Shown one piece after another: positions 53,760 to 64,000 of a stretch of DNA of 64,000 nt. This stretch comes from Patellaria atrata CBS 101060. Lineage: Eukaryota. The stretch is taken from NCBI GenBank assembly GCA_010093705.1, contig MU006092.1, positions 1,196,350-1,260,349 on the forward strand, read 5' to 3'. Position 1 is the first letter of the stretch, and each line of letters opens with the position of its first letter. A program made the translations under genes and the position numbers. The notes beneath the pieces are model-generated. The model was not told the DNA's origin. It saw only the letters and a program-made list of their open reading frames with translations, and did no database searches.

Positions 53760-54285
53760 TTACATATCTTCATCCCTAATATCTGGGCTCTTACTCCTCG
53801 CTCTGCTTTGTCTCGCTGGTGGTCCACGACCTCGTCCCTTTTCGCCCTTTCCGGGGGGTGGTCGCACGAAAGCGAAGTCGACAGATATCGTTTGATCGAG
53901 TAGCTTAGTTCCATTTGCGCCTTCTACAGCAGCCTTCGCTTCACCTTGGGTAGGATATTCAATGAGAACGTAACCCTAAAACGAGACATACTGTTAGAGC
54001 ACAGATTTCAACAGTCGTTGGGCTTCTAAAACGTAGAGTAAGCTAGAGACATACTTTTACGTAGCCTGTCCTGCGGTCTAGGTTCAAGTGGATATTCTTG
54101 ATTTCTCCGAATTCCCCGAACAGATCTGTGATATCTTCTTCGCTGGCTTCCTCATGAATATTTGTAGCGATAACAATCCATCCTTCAATTGAACGAACAG
54201 CAACGGCACCAGCAGCAGTGCGAACATCAGTGCCTTTGATTTGCGGTTCGGAAGGTGTATCAATCTCCATGTCTGCGTCAGCCAT
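53760..54285 (-). CDS. RBM8A: RNA-binding protein 8A / Y14, exon junction complex (exons 54285-54055 and 53975-53760)
   Basis: [42 protein letters not shown]. Confidence 0.95.
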
Positions 54286-54887
54286 TGTGGTGGTCGCAAG
54301 CGGTAAGCTGTGACAAGTAGGGGTTTCAGAGAAAGACGTCGTTATTGAAATATGAACTAGCCCGAAAGCTTAGGAAGTCAACCTTGCAATGCCTGGAGGA
54401 CTTCTGTTTCTGCACGATGTCTTGGCATTAATTATTGGGTACAAAAGCTACCTTCATTCCACAATTATCATACGCAGATAATCTCTAACATCATCGTATA
54501 ATAATGATTACTCTATCCTGTTTGAGCTTCGTTGTGGGTTATTCAAACGCAAGTGACAAGCGCAGTGTGTACCGTACATTAGTTGCAACTAACAGAATTA
54601 CGGACGATTATTTCGATAGCCTAAGGTTTGATACGGACAGTACAAAGGACATGAAAAGAACAGGTCAATGATAAATGTGCGTCGATACCGAACAACCGAA
54701 CTCCTTTGGTATCTTCCCATCCTCCAGGAAAGCTCAACAACATAGGTCCAGAAATGCGGACTTCAGGAACGTACAACTCCCTGCAGAAACAGAACCATTC
54801 AGATACCCCACCCACACCTACCGCCGTTCTGTTACATAATACAAGGGTTCCTTGTAGCGGGAATGTTTTGACATGAGAAAAAAGTCA

Positions 54888-56347
54888 TCATGCGCTGTTT
54901 CCAGCAGCTGCTTCAGAGATGCCGCTCAAGGGACCACCAAAGGAGTTCGTGTCTTGGTTAGGTGTCCCGAGACCACCTCCTATACCTCCAACTCCCATCC
55001 TGCTTGATGCGCTCTCATCCTCTTCGCCCATGCCGTCTACGTCAGGCCAGAAACGCTCTTCGATCCAGCAGACTTGTCGGAAGACTTGCTCGCACCTATT
55101 CATTTCTTCCTTCCCATTCGGAATTGAAGAATTGTTGGCTAGTTCATCCACTAGATTGCGGATAGCATCGACAAATTTGGAAAAGGCAGGAGACGTCCAA
55201 TTGGGAATAAGCGCTTGATGGAGCGCGACGATGTGTGAATCCGTAGAGGGAGTGGATAGGGAATGAGAGAACGAGGACGCGTACAACCAAGCTGAGCGAT
55301 AACACTAGATTGTTCAATGTAAGTATTTCCATGTGCTCAATGCTCGGAATAGTCCTAATATCAAACTTACGTGTTCTGTTGCCCATAGGACAACCATGCC
55401 TTCTAACAACGATGCACTGGAACTGCTTGAGCTTATGAACAGGTCCAAGTAGGCACGCGTAAAATGATTGGGGGGTTCATCGTTCAAGTGGAGACCATAC
55501 TTGGTCGCAGTGATCTCGAAGAAGCTCATTTCACGTCTAATATTGTTGATCGCAGAGATTAAAACATCCATTGTCCTATACATGGGATGGAACTGTGAAT
55601 TTTGCACAGCTGGTAAGCGAATCTTTGCAAGAAGCTGCCCGATGAAACGGATATAGCCTCGCGCATAATGACCGTCTTGGACTAGCCACTGGCATAAAGG
55701 TCCTGCTCCTAAAGTCCCACACCCAGCATGAGATAAGAACGGCTGTTGCGTCGCTAAGGTGAACGAGGAGGAGCAAATATTGAGGAGGTGTCCAGTAAGA
55801 GATGGAGCCATGTCCCTAGCCGGGGCGATAGGTTGTGGTGGAGCCATGCGCTCACCATTTCTGTCGCGTTTATTCGAATTTGGTCCTCGACGGTGAACTT
55901 GCAGGTTAGGGTTGGGATGTGTTCCATTCAGCATATTGCGCGTGGCCCCTTCTACAACTGGCGGCTCAATGCTCGGTTCGTTATCCCCGTTCTGTTGTGC
56001 AGCAAGATGCGCTTGCGCCTCTGGGGAAGCAAGATAGGCCTGGCAAGACTGAAGATGCTCGATCTGACGCGTCGTGTTCTTCGCACGGGTGAATCCGCAA
56101 TGGAGACATCTTACTTTATTACACTAGAGGATATTCCGTTAGATACGCTGTGCTGATATAAATTGCGCGCACAATGGATGAGATGAATAGTGTGGAGAAT
56201 GTGGCTCTCACCTTGGACGGAGTGTCACTGTCCTGGTATTCAGTGAACGCCTGACGAATGTCTGGATTTGCGCTTGATAATGTTAATCGCGATGTAGCAG
56301 ATGATAAAGTTTGAAGATGTCCAAGTGGTTGCTTACTGGCGACCCAT
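54888..56347 (-). CDS. BED-type zinc finger fused to a TenA/heme-oxygenase-like helical domain (exons 56347-56337, 56272-56212, 56123-55371, 55304-54888)
   Basis: Spliced N-terminus MGRHANPDIRQAFTEY...KVRCLHCGFTRAKNTTRQIEHLQSC; TenA-like ATQQPFL, QWLVQDGHY, IRREMSFF, VLWATEHCY, LIPNWTSPAF, IEERFWP; all junctions GT-AG and in phase. Confidence 0.82.
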
Positions 56348-57465
56348 TGTTTTCCAGTGGACGAAGGCCCGAGGCGCAGGCTGAATTCTGGTTTTGAATA
56401 CTTGTATCGTTCGTAAGCTTGGAGAGCCCGTAACAGAACTGGGTCGGGAGGAGGGAAATCTGTTAGATCGCCAGCTTTGTCAGAAACCACGTGCAGTCTA
56501 ACCTCAAATGACTAGATGGTATTTGATGAAATATTCAGTCATCAGGGTAAATTCTAGAGGCACTCATAATTGGTAAGGAATGAGTTCTAAACAGGGGCAT
56601 GCGTAATCGCTCATTACCATTCATGTTGATGCTCGTGTTTATAACTAACTGCGATCGTTGGGTTTCCATGTTATTCACAAAGGAGGTAACTTAAGCGCAA
56701 AAAGACGATACCCCCGACGGGAACGAAACTGTATCGATCCCATAACCACTATGTCTTGGCTAATGCTTGTCAACCTAACATTAAAACCTTTCGAATTTTA
56801 CATAGATACACACAAAGTTTTTTATTTTCTATACTCTGCCTTAGGTTTCCGTAAAATCAATTGAAGAACATAGGCCCCTCCCATAGAGTACGTCCTTCAT
56901 CCTTTTCTACGATATGTTCCTTCTGATCCAACGCTTTCCAGGGAGATTACCTTATACATTTCATATCGTTTTCTGCACTCCTAATAACTATTATCTTACG
57001 CACCGCGAAAGTGCAGTGTCTCTAGGGGTGGACACATCAAGCATGGTCCAAACAAAGTCTCCACTCTTTGTATAGCTAAGTTGTATCTCAATTCTACGTA
57101 AGTTATTGTAAACCAGCGTTACCAAGACCGAATGCGGGCTAGCACCCGCGAGCTCGGCCACACACAGTAGGTACTTTTTCCTAAGATTATCCTCTCATCT
57201 AATCTACTTGGTCGATAGTTCTCTTAGTCTCTCAAGGTGTCCCCATTATGAGTATTAAAAGAAAGAGTGTTCAAAGCTAATGTAATCTATCAACATCACG
57301 GCGAGTATCTAGAAATGCACGGGCTCGCTAAACAGTACTCCATTGATTAAAAACAAGCAGTTAAAGACGAAAAGACAACCGAAAAGCTCTCTCCCTAGAC
57401 TAATATATTAAGGAAGGTCCCCATTCTGGTAAACCTCGTCTGGCCGAATTGATATCAACTTCGAA

Positions 57466-59250
57466 TCAAAACAAGACCAGAACGCGGACTACACAAAGTG
57501 GGACAATATCCAAGATATGACGAAAACCGAAGAACACAAAGTGCAACAATACCGAAATAAGGCGAAAATTCAAAAAAACACAAAAACAACAAAGAGCAAA
57601 CGGAACCAAAGATGTGGAAGAAATCTGAATAATGCAAATGGAATGAGGGAGAAACTTGGTTCTTCTTCGATCTGGGACTCTGGTAATCAGAGATTCCTCG
57701 TACGTAGGCGGCCAACCCTCTTCGGCGAGATCTTTGGGACTGCGGTCTTGGACACTTTTGGAATTTCCTGAATCTCCCCAATTCATTCTCTTGGTGTGCT
57801 CAATCCCGTGCCACTGAAATACTTTACAAGCATTTGACCCGCTGATGCACGTTCTTCAGAATTTTCCCGTACCATTGGTTCGAGTTTAGGGATTACTTTC
57901 GCGCATTCTTCAATATGCTTGAGAACAAGCGGATATGTATTCGCAGGGACATAACGTTCTTCTCCCACTCCGGTTAGTTGATTGATTACGGCGAACAGAG
58001 ACCATACATCCGCTTTTACTCTGTGACGCTTCTCCGCGACCGTTGTGTATTTCAGGGACCATATATGGTATAGTGCTACTGCAGGACTTCGCCATAGCTT
58101 TGTTATTGGCAAGCCCAAAATCTGCTAACTGAAGAAGAACTTTCCCTTCGCTCACCCTTGTATAGAGAATATTATCGGGCTTGACGTCGCGAAGAATCCA
58201 GCCACGAAAGTCCAGATAATCAAGTGCTTGTAACATTTGGACTAACAAGTTGGTCAGGAGCGTCCCGTCTCGTCTTAGGTGAGGGAACCTTTGGATAAAG
58301 TCTGTAAGGTTACCCTCTTTAAGGCCCATGTAAAAAAAAACACTCTCTCCCTGCCCCATCCCGTCGTTCCGAAGTATTCGACGATGTTTGTCTATACTAC
58401 CATAGGAATGTGCGGGTAATGTGCGTTTAGGAGATACATACGTGGGAAGCTTGAGAGCGAGCTTTGATTTCACGGCGCAGCGAAGTCTCCTTGGCATTTC
58501 GGTCTGGGTCCGTTTTAGGAGGTACTTCTTGGATCTTGACTGCTACAGCGGTTCCCGAATCCATATCTGTGGCCTCCCATACCTCACCCCAAGATCCTCT
58601 TCCTGACTGTCGTGTTAGTATAGCCGCCTGTACAAGATCTCCCTTCGGCTTGTTGAACCTAGTGTTGTACCAGGGGGATAGTTCTCTAGGTCCTTCATCA
58701 ATCGTCTCGGTATTTCGAGTATTTTGCCACTCTCGTCCAGCCAACTGCAGAAGTATGCTGTGCACCTCTTGCTCCACGTTTTTTTTTTTTTGTTTAAACC
58801 AGACCAAATCGACCACAAATAGCTCCACCCGTCCTCTACCCCGAGTGCTGATCCTATATGGAGTTCCCGGGTTGAGGATGATGTGGCGGATGTTCCCCAC
58901 TTGTCTGAACCCAAAGGGTTTTATTTCGGTGGTACCTTCGCCTGACCGGTCTCAAAGCTCAATTTGATGGGAGATGCGATTAATCTGGAACAGAAATTGG
59001 ACTCTGGAGATACCTTTTCCTGGCAAGTAGAAGTCTGATTCATTCCCCCTTCCCACCTTTGCTATAACTGAATCATACCGTTCTCCCGAAACATGATAAC
59101 CGAACTCGTGTCTGTTTCTATTTTAGGAAGCAGGAGAGACAAAGGGTGGATTATCTTTCTCTAGAAGCATTTCCATAGCCGGATTCGACTCTAACGGCAC
59201 CAGATGGAAGGATGTTCGGTTGTGGACTTCGTACGCTATATTGAAAGTAA
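57466..59250 (-). pseudogene. FHA-like domain + Ser/Thr protein kinase pseudogene
   Basis: FHA-like KVGRG...ISRVQF...DRS..GT; kinase GRGSWGEVW, AVAVK, RREIK, LRDVKPDNIL, LADFGLA, YMVPE, KADVWSL split over frames, with internal stops; boundaries approximate. Confidence 0.8.
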
Positions 59251-59314
59251 GATCCTATCGTCTGACGAAGCAAGTAAAGTCGATGATAGTAGGGAAGCGA
59301 GTAAGTTGAAAACT

Positions 59315-59434
59315 GGGAAGCAGGTAAATGCGATATTGGGGAAGCAAGTAAAAGCGATGATGGGGAAGCAAGTAAAAGCTACAATGAGGAAGCAGGTAAA
59401 GGCTATAATGGGAAAGCAAGTAGAGGCGATGATA
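59315..59434. repeat. 24-bp tandem repeat, 5 copies plus degenerate upstream units
   Basis: Consensus GGGAAGCAAGTAAAAGCGATGATG starting at 59315, 59339, 59363, 59387 and 59411. Confidence 0.85.
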
Positions 59435-60079
59435 GTGCCTTTGGAGGAATGCAAGCAAGGTCGGTTATAGTATGATGGGAAGATCATAACAACTGATAGA
59501 CATTTTTATCTCTAAGATGAACGTTACACCATACTCTGTACCCCAACAGAGGAAGAGGATCGAGCATCCAGCACGAATGGTCAAGCTATCAATTCAAACG
59601 TAGCATGGCGTACAGACTCTCATACACGAAGGCTTCTAACGGTGGTTAAAAACAGTCAGTTCAGGTGGGTAACCTCCGTCTTTGTACCACCTTGGCCGAG
59701 ACGTTATGTTTATATCTGCCCAATAGCTATCTGTATGTATACTGTCAACTCTGATATAACTTCATGGGGTGTTCATGCACTAGGAAAGACAATCACCGTG
59801 GATGGAATAATGGATTTTGTAGCGCGCTAAGGCCAGCTCTACACAAGGCTGAGGCAGAGACTGTCGCATTTACAACTGTTTCACCCGGGACTGCAGTATG
59901 GATCCTTGGAGGTGGCAGTGTTTCGTTTGTTACTATAAGGTATTATTAGATTGTCGTGAGAAAGTGTGAAATGTAGTCTTGGAGTCTACCATAGGGGTAT
60001 GTACTCTACTATACTGCTCTGATATACTGTAGGTACTTACTTAAGGTGATGTGTTGTTTACCTTAGGGAGATGATCTGC

Positions 60080-60596
60080 GGGTTACAGCTCGTAGGGAGA
60101 CACAGACTTGTCGGCCAAACGTCCCGGGGAAAGGGGGGAGGGGGGCGAACTGGCAGTATCAATATAGCCAAGCAGTATAATACAGCATCAACTTTGTATA
60201 TGCTGAGTAGATACAACATTAATTTGGTATATGCTTGGTATTTGGTTCAATATCGCATATACTGAACATGGCATAGTTCAACTTCTACTTACACATTGTC
60301 TGTATATGTTTAGTATATACAGAGTATATGCTAAGGTACTTACGGCACTACTACTATTATAGGCCCTCTTAGGTACCTGTACTACGTATCCGAAACTTAG
60401 GCACTACCTCCCCAAAGGTTAGGGGTATGTACTTAGCATATGCTGAGCGTATGCGAAAGGGAGCTAAATACTAAAAGTTCCTCATCCTATTACCTTAGTA
60501 TATGCAAAGTTGATACTGCAGTGAGCTGTAAGGTGGGAAAGGGTCAAGTATTTTTTGTCTGTGCACGCGTTTTCGACCCTACGAGCTGTCAGCCCT
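60080..60596. mobile_element. Non-autonomous TIR element (MULE-like MITE, ~517 bp)
   Basis: 9-bp direct repeat ATGATCTGC at 60071-60079 and 60597-60605; TIRs GGGTTACAGCTCGTAGGG / CCCTACGAGCTGTCAGCCC; subterminal inverted match ~60182-60207 vs ~60493-60520; TpA-rich interior. Confidence 0.65.
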
Positions 60597-60867
60597 ATGA
60601 TCTGCAGCGAGCGCGATCTCAATTCTGGGTTGTTAGCGTACCTGGACGCGCTGGAACTGAGGTAACCACTGAAGAAAATCGGACAAAAAGGCATCTCCGC
60701 CTCGCCCTCCTGTTTTACCTTTACGTTACTGGACCAGGATCCTTGCGGCGCTTATCGTATAGCTTCCTTGCTCGTCGTGAACACATTCACCAAACTTTCA
60801 TCAATCTCCTATATAACTCATCTACATCCTTCTTTTTGAGTCAGTTAACGATCAAGTTGTTTGTACA

Positions 60868-63104
60868 GTATTCACGCCTAACGATAGACGAAGGAGAACG
60901 TCCACTCCTGGAAGCAGACGAGCCTCGACCTCCAATTCGGTCACCACCTAGCATCCGGGAACTTTCCCCTGAGTGGCAAGTTGCACTTTATGATTTACTA
61001 ATTTCTGCGGAAGAGATACGTTTAATCGAATGGAACTCACGAGAAGACTATTTACCAGGAACCCGACGCAGTCAAGGGTACAGTCGAAAGAAAGATCGGA
61101 TCTTAAAAGAATCGGCCAGGAAAGATGAGAATGGTAGATCTCTATATCGCGGGCCCGACTTGCTTGGGCATCTTGGGTATCAACGGCTTAACATTATGAT
61201 GAGACATACTATCAAGAAGCGCTGGCAAAAGTTAGGGATGTGAAACCCCAAATGGGGAATACCGCACAGCGCACGTGCGGATGTCGAGGATAAGGGGGGG
61301 TGGCGGTGGAGATGGGAGTGGGACTCGGGGAAAAAGCATAGCTTTGAACCTCCCGATCGGCGTGCCGATCAGCCTTCGTGAGAAAAAGAATCGCCGATGG
61401 AGCGAGCAGTTCGGAAGCATCTTCAGAATGAAGGCCTTTGGAATGAGAAAATGGACTCCCAGTATTCAAGTGTCGGCGGCCCTGCCGGAATTCCGGTGGA
61501 TGACCGTGAGCTACTGCTCACCAGCCGACCTTGGTTTGTATGGAGCCTTGATCTTTCCGAAGAAAAGGTCAGAATAGACCGTAATCCATGGACGGATAAG
61601 AACATGAATGAACTCATAAGGGACATCTGGGCAAAATGGAAAGAAAATGGACAATGGAAGGATACTTGGAATTGATGGACCAGGATGGAATTGGGGCGAT
61701 GAATCACCTTCTCCAGAACTACCAGATCCGAACGAGATAGACTTTACTCCATCCAAGATTGATGCGATGGAATCAAGACTGCTTCCTAGCCCTGACGATC
61801 AGGCTAAACGCTTCTAGGATTTCCCCTCGCATGGGGTCAATGAAGCTAATGGAGCAGTGGCCGTAGGTACTGGCCATTTCGGAAATCTCCACAATCTTAA
61901 TCGAGGCTTATTTCATTCACTCCCGGTCCCTTTAACAGATGTCGAGCCGTTGATATCCGACCCACCATGCAACTCTCATACGACTGGTGGGATCAGAGGA
62001 AGCTATTTTGGTAATCGATCGGGTCCAAGTCGAATCAATTTCCAGGTTGGTCTTTCCGCTGATCTAGATAGAGATGTTGAGCCGTCTACATCTGCACCTC
62101 AAGGTGATCACGAAGATAATCAACAGCAAAATAATCCACGGACAACAAGAAGCCACTTGATTTCCGGCAGAACACATCCGACAAAGCCGGCCGATAATCT
62201 TCACCATACTGGCCGACGTCGAAAAACCCCTTCAAGAATTTCCACACATGCTCAAGAACCCCATCGTGGGTCGAGGATCAAATTATTGCAACAGCTTATG
62301 GAAACTACAGAGGAAGAACCCCAGATATCCCAACCCATGAAATTGCATCAGGGCGAGAAGCGGAAAACCCCGCAAAGAACAATGAGGACAATGTCGAAGG
62401 AGCGCCGAGGCCGTCCTAAGAAACAAAATTCAGCGAAATCGACAAACCCACAAGGAGTTACCAAGGAAAGGTCCCGTCCCGTGGGTGCTATAAGATCACA
62501 AAACCTACAGGAAGTGATCAAGCGACGTGGTTGTCCTCCCAAATTGGTGCAGAGAGAGGATACTGTATTGAAGGACTATCCTACCCAAGGGGTAGAGTTA
62601 CAGAAAGAGACTAAGCGGAAAGGCGGACCTCCTAAATCGCTACAGACAGAGGATATCAAGTTGGGGGGCCAAGTTGCTAAACCGATAGAATTACAAAAGG
62701 TCAAAAAGCCAAGTAGCAGGCCTCGGAAGTCAATAGAAGCCTAGAATACCTAACTGAAGTGGACCCCTTCTGAGGAACATGAATTACATAACGCAAACAA
62801 GCGGCCGGGTAGGCCATCTAAATCAGCACAAACAAAGATTGTTGAGCCGAGGGACGTTGTACAGGAGGTCAGCAAACGACGTGGTCGTCCGCCTAAATTC
62901 GTGGAGTTAGAGAGTGTCACTAAGGGGAGGAATCCCCTTCTTATTTCAGAAGAACCACAAATTATCATCAAACGACGGGGTCGACCCCCAAAATTAATTA
63001 CATCGCAAAAGCTCAACAAGCGGAGTGGACCTCCCCCTACCACTGCAAAACCACAGAGTGTGAGCAAACAGAGGGGTCGGCCAAAGACACGATTGAACGC
63101 TTAA
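60868..63104 (+). pseudogene. Decayed gene: Trp-rich fungal domain followed by about 9 AT-hook-like repeats
   Basis: IKKRWQKLGM*NPKWGIP, WRWRWEW, SRPWFVW, PGWNWGDESPSPE; then RRGRPKK, RRGCPPK, RKGGPPK, RPGRPSK, RRGRPPK x2, QRGRPK; stops at 61241, ~61377, ~61815, 62742, 62751 and a frameshift at ~61673; start uncertain. Confidence 0.7.
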
Positions 63105-63474
63105 ATGCAAGGTCAGTTAATACCGATTACCTAATAAGGAATCAAGTCATATGTGCAATTGAATGTAATGATGATATCTGAGGAAAACTGTGATGGTTGG
63201 GGAATCCGAACAATGGATGTTTCTTATAGACTAAGGGGTTTAGTCATCAGACATTCAATTGATTCTATGGAGTTAATGCTTTCTGTGAGTGGAGTCCTGG
63301 CAGTAGTTAGGATATCATGGGCTTGGAGCTCTCGGAATTGGGGTATCTTGTTGGAAGTTCAAAAATCCCTATTGGTACCAACCCAGGCGATGCACCTTCT
63401 GGAGCATTGCTAGTCAGAAAGGAATAACGTATGGCACGATGCATGAGTTAAGATATCATGGACCTTCTATTATA

Positions 63475-64000
63475 TTAATATGTATCAGAGTCTTCCTCTT
63501 CTTGCCTTTCCCGTTCTTCCATCTGTTTCCGTGCTTGTTTTCCCAGGCCTAGATCCTCAAGTTTTCTACTCTCACCGTGCTTATCACAGGGATTAGGCGC
63601 CCAGAATTTGGTGATACCCGCTCCGAAAGCCATGAAGAGTGTAAATCTGTATAAGGGTTAGTAGGTATGGAATTTATGATGTTCATTTTACTTACACTAG
63701 CAATACCCATCCAAGCCACTTCGAGTCGGGGTCATTTACATCCGCACCGCCAAACTTAGCTTTTGCTAAGAATACCTGCGCAATAATAGACCCTAATTTC
63801 CCCGAAGCAGCAGAAATCCCATGGCAAGTGCAGCGGTATCGGGTGGGGAAGACCTCTGCGGCTATGATGAACGTCGAAGTATTTGGACCTTTTCTTGTGA
63901 GAAGTGAGTCAAATATCAGGGCGCGGACATACCTAGATTGAAGAACAAATTGCAAAGCGCGTACAACGCTATGATGGCAGCGAAATATTTTGTCCCTAGG
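63475..64000 (-). CDS. PHO84-like MFS inorganic phosphate transporter, 3' part (continues beyond window)
   Basis: NL|GPNTSTFIIAAEVFPTRYRCTCHGISAASGKLGS; last exon ends ...SRKLEDLGLG...EEEDSDTY* at 63475. Confidence 0.85.

Noticed and set aside
56348..56490. Upstream part of the 123-aa ORF 56119-56490
   Set aside because: Non-ATG start; better explained as 5' UTR, intron and exon 2 of the zinc-finger/TenA gene
1..64000. Starship element, secondary-metabolite cluster, CRISPR array or rRNA
   Set aside because: No tyrosine-recombinase captain, PKS/NRPS/terpene synthase, repeat-spacer array or rRNA sequence recognised; conserved housekeeping genes are interspersed throughout

Overview
Eukaryotic DNA from a filamentous ascomycete (Pezizomycotina-type short GT-AG introns with CTAAC/CTGAC branch sites); the species cannot be determined from the sequence. 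Apparently intact genes: a 1002-aa propeller-like protein ending in a CaaX box, a divergent GH3 beta-glucosidase / sugar-porter pair, a ZNF207/BuGZ-like zinc-finger gene, proline dehydrogenase, a GHITM/Bax-inhibitor-family gene, a family-3 O-methyltransferase, Y14/RBM8A, a zinc-finger + TenA-like fusion, and the 3' end of a PHO84-like transporter. Between them lie decayed genes (Pth11-like receptor, patatin, HET-domain, FHA-kinase, AT-hook repeat protein, unknown ORFs) and small mobile-element relics (three solo LTRs, three 5'-truncated LINE insertions with target-site duplications, one MULE-like MITE). The best-supported observation is a 2.1-kb inversion between two inverted solo LTRs, shown by reciprocally swapped target-site duplications. 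The most open question is two non-canonical tRNA-like Pol III units. I found no captain recombinase, secondary-metabolite backbone enzyme or other clear multi-gene novel system. All exon boundaries were read by eye and need RNA-seq confirmation.
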